DNA of 64,000 nt from Actinomycetes bacterium. GTDB lineage: Bacteria; Actinomycetota; Acidimicrobiia; Acidimicrobiales; Palsa-688. The stretch covers positions 596 through 64,595 of the forward strand of contig JAJZAM010000003.1 of the NCBI GenBank assembly GCA_021799445.1, read 5' to 3'. Within the stretch, counting starts at the first letter, position 1, and every line of letters starts with the position of its first letter. Shown one piece after another: positions 54,442 through 64,000 of the stretch. The notes beneath the pieces were generated by a model that worked only from the letters and a program-made list of their open reading frames with translations, made no database searches and was not told the DNA's origin. Made by a program: the position numbers and the translations under genes.

Positions 54442-55445
54442 CCGGCACGCTCGACGATAACCGCACTCCTTTCGGTCGTAACCCGCGCCACTTCGGGATC
54501 GACCCCGACGAGCCGTGGCCCGACGACGTCCCCATGGACCAAGACGACACCCGCTGGCGTTACCAGGGGGATCCGAAGGGAGCCAAGAAAGCCGAGCGGC
54601 GCATAGCCGCAGCGTGGACGGTAACCCTCCTAGCGTCGATGGGTCTAGCCGCAGTGTACGTGGACGGGGCGAACACCCAACTGGCCGGGTTGTGCTGGGG
54701 TCTGGCCTTCGGCGGTCTCGGCGTCGGGCTGATCCTCTGGGCCCGGGACCTGATGCCAGGCCACGACGTGATAGCCAGCAGAGGTCATCACAACGTGAGC
54801 TCCGAAGCGGACAGAGTCGCCGTAGCCGAGTCGCTCGGCCGTGGACTGGACCCCATGGCGCGCCGGCCGTTCCTTTTCAAGATGCTGGGTGCTGTAGGCG
54901 GGGTCTTCGGTCTGGCCATAGCCTTCCCGATCGCTTCGCTCGGACCCCGGCCGCACCGCAATCTTTACAAGACGGCGTGGGGTAAAGGCGTGCGGGCCGT
55001 GACGCTCGAAGGCAAGCCGATCCGGCCGTCGGAGCTCCCCGTCAACGGGATCCTCACGGTGTTCCCCGAGACCGACCCTTCCGACGCTCTCAGCCCGACG
55101 CTTCTGATCAACCTCGGTGACGCCGACTACGAGACCCCACCGGAGAGAGTCGGGTGGAACATACCCATCGACGGCAAGACAGGGATCGTGGCGATCTCCA
55201 AGATCTGCACCCACGCCGGATGCCCCGCAAGCCTCTACAACGTCGTAACCCACCAGCTGGTGTGCCCCTGCCACTACTCGACTTTCGACGTGCTGCAGTT
55301 GTGCAAGCCGATCTTCGGGCCCGCCGCCCGTGGCCTTCCTCAGCTGCCTATCGCAGTCGACGCCCAAGGGTTCATCGTCGCCCAGGCTGACTACAGCCGG
55401 GCGGGTGGCGCACCCGTCGGACCTGGCTTCTGGAACAGGGGGTAG
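54438..55445 (+). CDS. qcrA: Rieske iron-sulfur subunit of the bc1 complex
   Basis: CTHAGCP...CPCHYSTF Rieske boxes; N-terminal TM helices. Confidence 0.93.
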   Translation: MTGTLDDNRTPFGRNPRHFGIDPDEPWPDDVPMDQDDTRWRYQGDPKGAKKAERRIAAAWTVTLLASMGLAAVYVDGANTQLAGLCWGLAFGGLGVGLILWARDLMPGHDVIASRGHHNVSSEADRVAVAESLGRGLDPMARRPFLFKMLGAVGGVFGLAIAFPIASLGPRPHRNLYKTAWGKGVRAVTLEGKPIRPSELPVNGILTVFPETDPSDALSPTLLINLGDADYETPPERVGWNIPIDGKTGIVAISKICTHAGCPASLYNVVTHQLVCPCHYSTFDVLQLCKPIFGPAARGLPQLPIAVDAQGFIVAQADYSRAGGAPVGPGFWNRG

Positions 55446-55450
55446 AGCTT

Positions 55451-57001
55451 ATGAGCACCACCGAGGAGAGGATCGCCGCGCAGAAGCGCTACCGGGCGGC
55501 CAAGGCCGGTACCGACACCGTCGACGAGCGGCTCGGCTCGTCGAAGTTCCTGACCAGCGTCCTCGACAAGATCTTCCCCGACCACTGGTCGTTCATGGTC
55601 GGGGAGATCGCCATGGACTCGCTGATCGTCCTGATCGTCACGGGCATCTACCTGGCGCTTTTCTACGTGCCGTCCTCCAAGGAGGTCGTCTACGCCCCGA
55701 CCAGCGGGCACGTGTACATCCCGCTCGTCGGTCAGAAGATGTCCGAAGCCTACGAGTCGGTGATCAACCTGTCTTTCAACGTGCGTTTCGGGTTGATCAT
55801 GCGCCAGGCGCACCACTGGGCGGCGTTGATCTTCCTCGCCGCCGTGTTCTTCCACATGGCCCGGATCTTCTTCACTGGGGCTTTCCGCAAGCCGCGGGAG
55901 ATCAACTGGATCATCGGGCTGCTGCTCTGGCAGATCGTCGCCTTGGAAGGCTTCACCGGCTACTCCCTGCCCGACGACCTGCTGTCAGGAACCGGACTTC
56001 GTGTCATCTACTCGATCATAGAAAGCATCCCGTTCGTAGGGACCTGGCTGGTGTACGCCCTGTGGGGCGGGCGTTTCCCCGGGACCTCGCTGATCCCACG
56101 CCTGTTCGTCGTGCACGAATTCCTCTTCCCGCTGTTGATCATCGGCCTGCTCACCGCCCACCTGATGATCCTCTGGCACCAAAAGCACACCGACTTCCCC
56201 GGGCCGGGCAAGACCGAGACCAACATCAGAGGAAGCCGCATCTGGCCGCAGTACGCTCTCAAAGCAGGCGGGCTGATGATGCTCGTCTCGTCGGTCATAT
56301 TCCTCCTGGCCGGTTTCGTGCAGATCAACCCGGTGTGGATCTACGGCCCCTACCAGCCCTACACCGTGTCCGCCGGCGCCCAGCCCGACTGGTACCTCGG
56401 CTGGCAGGACGGCGCTGTGCGGCTGTGGCCGCACTGGGAGTTCCGGTCGTTCGGCCACGAGATAGCCAACCCGTTCTTCCCGGGACTGCTGCTGCCGGGG
56501 ATCCTGCTCAGCATCATGTTCGCTTGGCCTTGGATCGACAAGAAGATCTACAAGGACTATAAGGCGCACAACCTTCTCGACCGGCCCCGCGACAAACCGT
56601 TCCGGACCGGGGTAGGCGCTGCGGCGGTCACCTTGTTCTCGCTTTTGACCATGGCGTCAGGGACCGACATCATCGCCAACAACTTGCACGTCAGCTACGA
56701 GGCGATAGTCGTCGCCCTGGACTACCTGGTGATCATCGGGCCGGTGGTAGCGTTCATAATCGCCTACAAGGCATGCCAGCGGCTTCAAGAAGCCGACTTC
56801 CACCCGATACAACGTCCCGTCGGGGGTGTCATATACCGCACACCTGACGGCGGCTACCACACGGTGGGAGACGTACATCACGGCCCATCCCACGACGCTC
56901 CCGCCGACACGTCCGCTTCCCACGGCGCCGGGGACAATGGTGATGGCGGCGCAGGGTCCGGCTCGGAGAGATCCGTGTCCGCTCCGGCTGCCGGCGACTG
57001 A
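55451..57001 (+). CDS. qcrB: cytochrome b subunit of the bc1 complex
   Basis: 516 aa with ..RQAHHWAALIFLAAVFFHMARIFFTGAFRKPRE.NW..G... Confidence 0.95.
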   Translation: MSTTEERIAAQKRYRAAKAGTDTVDERLGSSKFLTSVLDKIFPDHWSFMVGEIAMDSLIVLIVTGIYLALFYVPSSKEVVYAPTSGHVYIPLVGQKMSEAYESVINLSFNVRFGLIMRQAHHWAALIFLAAVFFHMARIFFTGAFRKPREINWIIGLLLWQIVALEGFTGYSLPDDLLSGTGLRVIYSIIESIPFVGTWLVYALWGGRFPGTSLIPRLFVVHEFLFPLLIIGLLTAHLMILWHQKHTDFPGPGKTETNIRGSRIWPQYALKAGGLMMLVSSVIFLLAGFVQINPVWIYGPYQPYTVSAGAQPDWYLGWQDGAVRLWPHWEFRSFGHEIANPFFPGLLLPGILLSIMFAWPWIDKKIYKDYKAHNLLDRPRDKPFRTGVGAAAVTLFSLLTMASGTDIIANNLHVSYEAIVVALDYLVIIGPVVAFIIAYKACQRLQEADFHPIQRPVGGVIYRTPDGGYHTVGDVHHGPSHDAPADTSASHGAGDNGDGGAGSGSERSVSAPAAGD

Positions 57002-57053
57002 CGGCGCTCCCTCTTCGGGCTTTTCGGGGTGGCTTTCGTCTAGCTGCGAGCTG

Positions 57054-57461
57054 TCAGACCACGCGGTAGCGGACTTGCTCCGCTTGCGCGGTGACTCGCA
57101 CCTGGGGAGTGTCGATCTCAACTTCGATGCAGGTCTCCAGATAGGCGGCAGCAGCGACCGCCTCTGCGGCGAGCTGGTTGACTGCGTGTTCTTGAGCCAG
57201 TACGCCCATCGCCGGGACGAGCAGGCGCAGATCCACTATCTCGAAGTGGGCAGGCAGAGCACCTATCGTCTTTCGGACGGCCGACGCGACGCCCTGATCG
57301 AGGCTCTCTAGGCGCCGTGTGAGGGCTCCCCTTCGCTGGCCGGCTAGTGCCGAGGTGAGTCGCCACCACCATGAGCACGTGGTCGCATATCGCCCTGGAG
57401 GTGGTTGCGACGCGGTGAGGAGGCTTATGAGGCGATGATCATCGATAAGCGCTACTACCAC
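57054..57461 (-). CDS. PIN-like (VapC-like) toxin candidate, tentative
   Basis: 135 aa with an N-terminal ..ALIDDH.. and a C-terminal ..AAEAVAAAAYLETCIEVEIDTP... The acidic residues fit PIN spacing only loosely. Overlaps the upstream RHH gene by 7 nt. Confidence 0.35.
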   Translation of the reverse strand: MVVALIDDHRLISLLTASQPPPGRYATTCSWWWRLTSALAGQRRGALTRRLESLDQGVASAVRKTIGALPAHFEIVDLRLLVPAMGVLAQEHAVNQLAAEAVAAAAYLETCIEVEIDTPQVRVTAQAEQVRYRVV

Positions 57462-57811
57462 CGCGCCTCTTGCCGTTCGACGTCCGCTGCCGCCTCACGG
57501 TAGGCGCCGTCTTCTACGGCGGAGCGCAACTCGGAGCGGATGTTTCTCGCCAGCTCAGCGGCGAGTCCAGCGAAACTCTCGTTGGCTTCTGTTACCGCTC
57601 GCTGTAGAGCCTGCTCGACGAAGGTGGTCACGTTCAGCCCCTGGGCTTTAGCGGTCGAAGTAACACTCGAGCGGAGGCGCTCGGGAACCCTGACCGACAG
57701 TTGGACTTGCCTGTCGTCACGCAATGCCGGCGTCTCGCGCGGGCCCTCTTGGGTTGTCGCGCTTCGGCGGGCGACGGCGATTTCCTCGGCGAACTTCGAC
57801 ACGCAACTCAT
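57455..57811 (-). CDS. ribbon-helix-helix antitoxin-like protein
   Basis: ..VQLSVRVPERLRSSVTSTAKAQGLNVTTFVEQALQRAV.. (RHH pattern). Confidence 0.5.
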   Translation of the reverse strand: MSCVSKFAEEIAVARRSATTQEGPRETPALRDDRQVQLSVRVPERLRSSVTSTAKAQGLNVTTFVEQALQRAVTEANESFAGLAAELARNIRSELRSAVEDGAYREAAADVERQEARW

Positions 57812-57967
57812 GCTAGCAGTTCCAGCTATCCGCTAGCTAGCTACCGTTCCTGCTCTCTGCTAGCGGAAAATCTCAGGGACGTCGATATCGGCCTGTTGCC
57901 GGCCGGCTGGCACGGTACCCAGCCAGCCTAGGGCGGACCAAGGCCCGAGCGCCCAGCTGCGGTCAGC

Positions 57968-58459
57968 TCAGTGGTCGCCGTGAGCGCTGCTCGACGCGAA
58001 GTCCCCGTGCGACGCTGCGAGCTCGTCGGGGTCCGAGCCGGGTAGTACGTCTTCGGTGTAGTCCGACTCTGTCACCCACCCGAACACTGCGCCGAAGAAC
58101 AGCACCGCGCCGATCGCCAGGTACCAGAGGCCCCAAACCAGGGCGCAAGCCCCGAAAACCATACCCAAGCCCATTCCCACCGGCCAGATAGACGTGGCCG
58201 GGAAGTAGTCGATGACCCCGGCACCGTCTTCCTGGGTGGCGTCGAAGCGGTCCTCGGGACGGGGTATGCCGTGCCGTCGGAGGTACTGGGCTAGCAGATA
58301 GGTTCCCAGCAGGGCGTACGCTGAGAAGCTGAAGACCAGCATGGTGATCCCGCTGCGTTCGGTCGACGACCCGTGTAGGGCTACCAGGACCCAGTAGACG
58401 ATGGCCAGGACGGTGAGGAACGTGAACGCGCCTAGGACGGTCCGGGACTCGACTTTCAT
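57968..58459 (-). CDS. ctaF: cytochrome c oxidase subunit IV (actinobacterial CtaF)
   Basis: 163 aa with 4 TM helices, immediately downstream of ctaD (stop and start adjacent). Confidence 0.8.
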   Translation of the reverse strand: MKVESRTVLGAFTFLTVLAIVYWVLVALHGSSTERSGITMLVFSFSAYALLGTYLLAQYLRRHGIPRPEDRFDATQEDGAGVIDYFPATSIWPVGMGLGMVFGACALVWGLWYLAIGAVLFFGAVFGWVTESDYTEDVLPGSDPDELAASHGDFASSSAHGDH

Positions 58460-60136
58460 CTAGTGGCCTACCTTGGTGAGCATGTCCGGGTGGTTGGCGT
58501 CCCACACGGGCCGTTCGGAGCGGATCGGGGGGAGAGCCTCGAAGTTGTGGTCCGGCGGGGGCGACGAGCAGGCCCACTCCAGGGTCTGGCCGTCCCAAGG
58601 GTTGTCACCGGCGATCTCCCCGTGGCGCCACGACGTGAAGATGTTCCAAGCGTTGACGAGCACCCCGATTGCGGTGATGTAAGCGCCGATGCTTGACAGT
58701 TCGTTCAGGAAGTTCCAGCCCATCCCGGCGTTGTAGGTTTCGATACGCCGGGGCATGCCCCGAAGACCCAGGTCGTGCTGGGGGAAGAAGGTGAGGTTGA
58801 AGCCGATGAAGAGCAGGGCGAAGCCGAGCTTGCCCCACTTCTCCGATAGTTTGCGCCCTGTCATCTTCGGGAGCCAGTAGTAAAGGCCGCCGAAACCGGC
58901 CATGACCGCCCCGATCAGCACGTAGTGGAAGTGGGCGACGACGAAGTACGTGTTGTGCAGCTGGAAGTCGAGGACCGGCTGGGCGAGGATGACACCGGTG
59001 ATACCGCCGAAGAGGAACATAGCCAGGAATCCGAGACAGAAGAGCATCGCCGTGTTCAACACGATGGTTCCCCGCCACATCGTCCCGATCCAGTTGAAGA
59101 ACTTGATCCCTGTCGGGACGGCTATGAGAAGGGACATGGCGGCGAAGAAGGGCAGGAGCACAGCGCCGGTCGTGTACATGTGGTGTGCCCACACGCCCAT
59201 CGCGAGAGCCCCGATGGACAGGGTCGCTGCGATCATGCCCTTGTAGCCGAACACCGGCTTGCGTGACATCGTCGCGAGGATCTCGGTGGCAACCCCGAAG
59301 TAGGGGAGGGCGATGATGTACACCTCGGGGTGCCCGAAGAACCAGAACAGGTTCTGCCAGAGGATCGGCTGGCCACCTTTGTTTGCGTTGTAGAAGTTCC
59401 CACCGAGGTGACGGTCGATCCACAGCAGAGCCATAGCAGCTGTGAGCACCGGGAAGGCCAGGAGGATGAGGAACATGGTCACGAGGATGTTCCACACGAA
59501 GATCGGCATGCGGAACATGACCATGCCCGGCGCTCTTAGGGTGAACACGGTGGTGATGATGTTGACGGCTGTGAAGATACCCGAGAAGCCGGTAAGTCCG
59601 ATGCCGACTATCCACAGGTCAGCTCCTGGGCCGGGGGAGTGGATCGCCTCGGTGAGGGGGGCGTAGCCGAACCAACCGAACTGGGCAGCCCCGTTGTTGG
59701 TCAAGAACCCGGCGAGCAGAAGGCTGAAACCGCCCAGGTACAACCAGTACGACAGGTTGTTGAAACGGGGGAAGGCCATGTCGGGCGCGCCGATCATCAG
59801 CGGTACTAGGTAGTTGCCGAAACCAGCGAACGCGAAAGGCCCGGCGAAGACGAACAGCATGAGCGTCCCGTGGATCGTGAACATCTCGTTGTAGACGTTC
59901 TCGGTGACGAAATGGTTGTTCGGCACTATCAACTGGGTTCTCATCACGAGCGCCATCAACCCGGCGACCAGGAACCCGGCCAGTCCGGTGAACAGGTAGT
60001 TGAGCCCGATCTGCTTGTGGTCGGTGCTGGTGACGAACTTGACGATTCCGTGCGGTCGGGGACCCGGCACGATCTCCATCAAGCTCGCTTCGTGTGCTTC
60101 GAAAGCGAACTGTGGGCGTTCTTCGAGGATTGTCAT
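58460..60136 (-). CDS. ctaD: cytochrome c oxidase subunit I
   Basis: 558 aa with ..GAPDMAFPRFNNLSYWL...WFFGHPEVYI...HHMYTTG...VAHFHYVL... Confidence 0.97.
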   Translation of the reverse strand: MTILEERPQFAFEAHEASLMEIVPGPRPHGIVKFVTSTDHKQIGLNYLFTGLAGFLVAGLMALVMRTQLIVPNNHFVTENVYNEMFTIHGTLMLFVFAGPFAFAGFGNYLVPLMIGAPDMAFPRFNNLSYWLYLGGFSLLLAGFLTNNGAAQFGWFGYAPLTEAIHSPGPGADLWIVGIGLTGFSGIFTAVNIITTVFTLRAPGMVMFRMPIFVWNILVTMFLILLAFPVLTAAMALLWIDRHLGGNFYNANKGGQPILWQNLFWFFGHPEVYIIALPYFGVATEILATMSRKPVFGYKGMIAATLSIGALAMGVWAHHMYTTGAVLLPFFAAMSLLIAVPTGIKFFNWIGTMWRGTIVLNTAMLFCLGFLAMFLFGGITGVILAQPVLDFQLHNTYFVVAHFHYVLIGAVMAGFGGLYYWLPKMTGRKLSEKWGKLGFALLFIGFNLTFFPQHDLGLRGMPRRIETYNAGMGWNFLNELSSIGAYITAIGVLVNAWNIFTSWRHGEIAGDNPWDGQTLEWACSSPPPDHNFEALPPIRSERPVWDANHPDMLTKVGH

Positions 60137-60152
60137 TTCGGCTTAGGTCTCC

Positions 60153-60971
60153 CTATCCTTTCGGCGCCTGGGTGTAACCGGTGAAGTCCGCTCCTGCGTT
60201 GATAGCAGCGCAGCTTCCTTTCTGAATGCCGGGAACCCCGGCGGTCGTGATCGAGCAGGCCGGCTGGTTGGCGTACCAAGCGGCGTACTGCGTTGGTGTC
60301 ATGACGTCTACGAGGAATCGCATGTAGGCGTGGTACTCGCCGCAGATGTTGTTGCACTGGCCGGGGTAAAGACCCGGCTTGGTGACGTTGATGTCGAACG
60401 TGTTGTTGATGCCCGGTATGAGGTCCCGGTTGAAGAGGAACTCCTTTACGTAGAAGGTGTGGACGACGTCGAGGGACACGACGTGCAGCTGAACCGTCTC
60501 GTTGGAGGGTAAGACCAGGACCGGCAGGTCGTTGTTGTTGTTGATGTTGTTGTAGTCGGCCGTTCCGATCTGGACGTGGCCGTTGGGGTACACGAAACGC
60601 CATCCCCATTGGAAGCCGTCGACTGTGATCGCGACGGCCGGTTTCGCAGAGACCTTGTCGACGTGGTTCTCCGCGTTGTACATGAACCCGAAGATCACAG
60701 CGACGATCACCAGCGGGATGATCGTGTAGGTCGCTTCGATCGGGATGTGATACTGGAACTGGGCCGGTTTGCGGTCCTCCCCGGGCCGGTGCCGGTAGCG
60801 CACGATCGCGAAGGTGATCAAGCCGAGGACGATCAGACCGATCGGCACCGAGAAGTAGCCGCTCAGCCTCCACAGCTCGCGGGTGTAATGGTCCTGGGTC
60901 GTCACCCCCGACGGGGAGCCGAAGTTGGTGGCCAGGAGTCCGGTCAGTTGATGCATAGCTGAGCAACACAT
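60153..60971 (-). CDS. ctaC: cytochrome c oxidase subunit II
   Basis: CuA site ..VVHTFYV...CNNICGEYHAYM; two N-terminal TM helices; the start may be the internal ATG at 60956. Confidence 0.93.
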   Translation of the reverse strand: MCCSAMHQLTGLLATNFGSPSGVTTQDHYTRELWRLSGYFSVPIGLIVLGLITFAIVRYRHRPGEDRKPAQFQYHIPIEATYTIIPLVIVAVIFGFMYNAENHVDKVSAKPAVAITVDGFQWGWRFVYPNGHVQIGTADYNNINNNNDLPVLVLPSNETVQLHVVSLDVVHTFYVKEFLFNRDLIPGINNTFDINVTKPGLYPGQCNNICGEYHAYMRFLVDVMTPTQYAAWYANQPACSITTAGVPGIQKGSCAAINAGADFTGYTQAPKG

Positions 60972-61128
60972 TAGAGACCTTGTGCGCGTATTACCAACCT
61001 CGCAACCGGAGGCACCGTCCCCCCGGTGCCGGCGCTCGGCGCTTGGCGGTCAAGGCGCTGCGGCGCTATAGTATTAGGCCTGTCCAGATCGGGCCGGTCC
61101 CGACCTATGCTCAAGCTGAGGTTCCGTC

Positions 61129-61590
61129 TTGCGTACTTTCACCCCAAAACCTGGCGACATCGAACGCGACTGGTTCGAGGTCGACGCTGATGGGGCTGTT
61201 CTCGGCCGTCTGGCCAGCGAGGTGGCGCAGATTCTGCGCGGCAAGCGCAAAGCTATTTTCGCTCCTCACGTCGACACCGGCGACCACGTGGTGGTCGTTA
61301 ACGCGTCGAAGGTGGCGATGGCGACGGGCAAAGCCGACAAGAAGCTCTACTACCGTCACTCGGGCTACCCGGGCGGCCTGACCTCCCGGAACTACACCGA
61401 GTTGCTGTCCACCAAGCCGGAGGAGGCAGTTCGGCGCGCGGTAAAAGGGATGCTTCCCAAGGGTCCCTTGGGGCGCTCCATGCTGCGCAAGCTCAAGGTG
61501 TACGCCGGGCCGACCCATCCCCACTCCGCGCAGCAGCCTAAAATTTTGAAACTCGACCCCCGCGCCAACCGCCCTTTAAGAGGAGCCTGA
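61129..61590 (+). CDS. rplM: 50S ribosomal protein L13
   Basis: ..[45 protein letters not shown]..; TTG start. Confidence 0.96.
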   Translation: MRTFTPKPGDIERDWFEVDADGAVLGRLASEVAQILRGKRKAIFAPHVDTGDHVVVVNASKVAMATGKADKKLYYRHSGYPGGLTSRNYTELLSTKPEEAVRRAVKGMLPKGPLGRSMLRKLKVYAGPTHPHSAQQPKILKLDPRANRPLRGA

Positions 61591-61597
61591 AGACCCC

Positions 61598-61990
61598 TTG
61601 ACCAAGCCGCTCGTACAGTCAACCGGTCGCCGCAAATCCGCGGTAGCCCGTGTCCGTCTGCGTCCCGGCGGGGGTGCTCTCACGGTCAACAAGCGTCCAG
61701 TCGACGAGTACTTCCCCTCGGCAACGCACCGGATGATCATCACCGAGCCGTTGAGGCTCGTCGAGAAAGCCGAAACCTACGACGTGGACACGACGCTCGT
61801 GGGCGGCGGCGTCTCCGGCCAGGCCGGTGCCATGAGGCTTGGCATCGCCCGGGCCTTGGCTGAGCTGGACCCAGAGCTGCGCGTCACGCTAAAGCGCGCC
61901 GGTTTCCTCACCCGCGACGCACGCGAGAAGGAGTCCAAGAAGTACGGTCTGAAGAAGGCCCGTAAGGCTCCTCAGTACTCCAAGCGCTGA
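61598..61990 (+). CDS. rpsI: 30S ribosomal protein S9
   Basis: ..[15 protein letters not shown]...[19 protein letters not shown]...[25 protein letters not shown]. Confidence 0.97.
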   Translation: MTKPLVQSTGRRKSAVARVRLRPGGGALTVNKRPVDEYFPSATHRMIITEPLRLVEKAETYDVDTTLVGGGVSGQAGAMRLGIARALAELDPELRVTLKRAGFLTRDAREKESKKYGLKKARKAPQYSKR

Positions 61991-62012
61991 CCCAGCCCTT
62001 CGTGCACCGGGC

Positions 62013-63365
62013 GTGAAAGCGCGCTTTGGCACGGACGGGCTCAGGGGTCTGGCCGGTGAGGTTCTAACCCCTGAGCTAGCGGTCAGCCTCGGACGTAGCG
62101 CCGCCGCCGTGCTCGGCGGTAAAGCCGAGGTCATGTACCTCGGCAGGGACACCCGGCTGTCCGGCTCGATGCTCTCCGCCGGCTTCGCGTCCGGGGTAGC
62201 GGCGCAAGGCTTGAACGTGATCGACCTTGGAGTCGTGCCCACACCGTACGTGGCGTTCGTCTCGGCTGGAGCGGGAGCGCCGGGGGCGGTGGTGTCCGCC
62301 TCGCACAATCCCTTCGCCGACAACGGCATAAAGCTGTTCGCCGCCGGAGGTTTGAAGCTCTCCGACGAAGAGGAAGCGGCCGTAGAGGAGCGCCTGCACG
62401 CCGAGGTCCACCCGACGCTGAGCGGCGAGCGGATCGGCAGGGTGGCCGTGCAGGAGCTGGACTTGGGCGCCTACGTCGAAAAGCTCACGGCGGGCATCCA
62501 AGACCGGTCGCTTAGCGGCGTCCGTGTCGTCCTCGACGTCGCGAACGGCGCCGCTGTGACCACAGCCGAGACGGTTTTCACCGCTGCCGGAGCGACCGTC
62601 GCCGAGGTCGTCGGGTCCCGCCCGGACGGCACGAACATCAACGCCGGTTGCGGTTCGAACGACACCCGCGTGCTCTCAGAGGCGGTGAGGAGGAACCGGG
62701 CGACGCTAGGTTTGGCCTTCGACGGGGACGCCGACCGGGTGGTCGCCGTGGACGAGAAGGGGACCGCCGTCGACGGGGACCGCCTGATCGCGATGCTCGC
62801 CGCTGACCTGCAGAGTCGGGGCCGTCTCGCCGGCGGCGGGGTCGCGGTCACCGTGATGAGCAACCTCGGGTTGCACGAAGCGCTGCGGGACCTCAAAGTG
62901 CAGGTAGAGGTAACCCAGGTCGGCGACCGTAGCATCCTCGAAGCGCTCGCCCGCAGGGGCTGGTCCCTCGGGGGTGAGCAGTCCGGTCACATAGTTCTGC
63001 GGGACCTGGCCACCACGGGAGACGGGGTCCTCACAGGGCTGCTCCTAGCCGACCTGGTCCTTCGCAGCGACCGGCCCCTGTCAGAGCTCGCATCAACCTG
63101 CATGCGCAGCTTCCCCCAGGTGATGATCAACGTGGCGGTCGCCGACAAGGAACTCCTCGCGCCGGCGGAGGAGGTTTGGGGCGAAGTGTCAGCCGTCCAA
63201 GCCGAGCTGGACGGCAGAGGTCGGGTTGTTCTCCGGCCGAGTGGCACGGAGAACCTGGTCAGGGTGATGGTAGAAGCCGACACTCAACAGGCGGCCGCCG
63301 AAGGGGCCGAGCGTCTCGCGGCGGTGGTCGCCAGGGTGCTCGGCCCCCCGCCGGCTGAGGTCTAA
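62013..63365 (+). CDS. glmM: phosphoglucosamine mutase
   Basis: ..FGTDGLRG...GAVVSASHNPFADNGIKLF...AFDGDADR...GGEQSGH... Confidence 0.95.
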   Translation: MKARFGTDGLRGLAGEVLTPELAVSLGRSAAAVLGGKAEVMYLGRDTRLSGSMLSAGFASGVAAQGLNVIDLGVVPTPYVAFVSAGAGAPGAVVSASHNPFADNGIKLFAAGGLKLSDEEEAAVEERLHAEVHPTLSGERIGRVAVQELDLGAYVEKLTAGIQDRSLSGVRVVLDVANGAAVTTAETVFTAAGATVAEVVGSRPDGTNINAGCGSNDTRVLSEAVRRNRATLGLAFDGDADRVVAVDEKGTAVDGDRLIAMLAADLQSRGRLAGGGVAVTVMSNLGLHEALRDLKVQVEVTQVGDRSILEALARRGWSLGGEQSGHIVLRDLATTGDGVLTGLLLADLVLRSDRPLSELASTCMRSFPQVMINVAVADKELLAPAEEVWGEVSAVQAELDGRGRVVLRPSGTENLVRVMVEADTQQAAAEGAERLAAVVARVLGPPPAEV

Positions 63366-64000
63366 AGGAGGGCCTCCGCTGACGGTTTGGCCTCAAGGTG
63401 GTCGGCCCCGGAGCGCAGCTTGACCTCGCGCAGTAGGAACGAGAGGATAAAAGACAGGGCCGCTACCGGCAGGGCGTACACGAAAGCCTGGTCCATGCCG
63501 AATGTGAAGGCGTGCTGCACGGCCGCTGGCGAGCTAGCCCCGTACACGGTTTGGTAGTGGGGCAGGCTTGAAGTCTCCTTGAGGATCAGGACAGCTCCGA
63601 GCACAGCGGAGCCGACCGCCCCTCCGAGGGTTCGGAAGAACGTCACCGACGCTGTGCCGACACCCATGTCGGTCACCGGGACGGCGTTTTGGACGGCGAC
63701 GACGAGGATCTGCATGAAAAGTCCGAGGCCGAGGCCGACGACGAACAGCATTCCCGCCAGGGGCCAGGCGGCTGTGGCGACGGTGATCTGGGTCATGACC
63801 GCAACGCCGACGGTCAAGGTGAACGTCCCTGCGATCACGAAGTTCTTGTAACGTCCCCACTTGCTGACCAGCTGTCCGGAGCCGATCGACGTGATCAGCA
63901 CGCCGGCGAGCATCGGCAGCAGGCGCAGACCCGAGATGGTCGGGCTTACCCCTCGAACCGACTGCAAGTACAGCGGGAGGAATATCAAAGCTCCGAACAT
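63362..64000 (-). CDS. MFS transporter (DHA2/EmrB-like), 5' end beyond the window
   Basis: The C-terminal 212 aa contain about 6 TM helices (..LPLYLQSVRGVSPTISGLRLLPMLAG..). The ORF is open at the window edge. Confidence 0.7.
   Translation of the reverse strand: MFGALIFLPLYLQSVRGVSPTISGLRLLPMLAGVLITSIGSGQLVSKWGRYKNFVIAGTFTLTVGVAVMTQITVATAAWPLAGMLFVVGLGLGLFMQILVVAVQNAVPVTDMGVGTASVTFFRTLGGAVGSAVLGAVLILKETSSLPHYQTVYGASSPAAVQHAFTFGMDQAFVYALPVAALSFILSFLLREVKLRSGADHLEAKPSAEALL

Noticed and set aside
55330-56562. 410-aa plus-strand ORF overlapping qcrB
   Set aside because: It is an out-of-frame shadow of cytochrome b (55451-57001), which has unmistakable motifs.
58605-59615. 336-aa minus-strand ORF inside ctaD
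   Set aside because: It is an alternative frame of cytochrome oxidase subunit I, with His/Arg/Pro-rich nonsense composition.

Overview
High-GC, Actinomycetota-type chromosomal window. Its backbone is the ribosomal-protein superoperon: rpsL-rpsG-fusA-tuf-rpsJ, then rplC through rplO, secY, adk, rpmJ, rpsM-rpsK-rpsD-rpoA-rplQ and truA. After that come ilvA, the actinobacterial respiratory cluster (ctaG-like, ctaE, qcrC-qcrA-qcrB, ctaF-ctaD-ctaC), rplM-rpsI-glmM and a partial MFS gene. The main anomaly is that rpsJ (ends 7220) and rplC (starts 35378), which are normally adjacent, lie about 28 kb apart. Part (i), 7.2-18.5 kb, holds five head-to-tail integrative-element modules. Each opens with a 22-nt copy of the last rpsJ codons plus stop, followed by a tyrosine-recombinase gene or a remnant of one. 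All recombinase copies look damaged. Each module ends in a small two-gene addiction-type cassette: DUF1778/GNAT twice, toxin-like/RHH, DUF4160/DUF2442, and one unrecognised pair. Module 1 keeps an intact HUH rolling-circle Rep. Four modules share a noncoding three-hairpin element whose substitutions preserve base pairing. Part (ii), 18.9-35.1 kb, is a mostly minus-strand block of catabolic and acyl-CoA genes. It encodes an intradiol dioxygenase, an MBL hydrolase, MarR/YceI, a serine hydrolase, two SDRs, an acyl-CoA dehydrogenase, a thiolase-like protein with a DUF35 partner, an ADP-forming acyl-CoA synthetase, DUF190, FxsA and an M1-type peptidase. I recognised no rRNA, tRNA or CRISPR array by eye. 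All calls come from reading the sequence and ORF translations, with no database search, so family names are pattern recognition and should be confirmed with HMM or BLAST searches.
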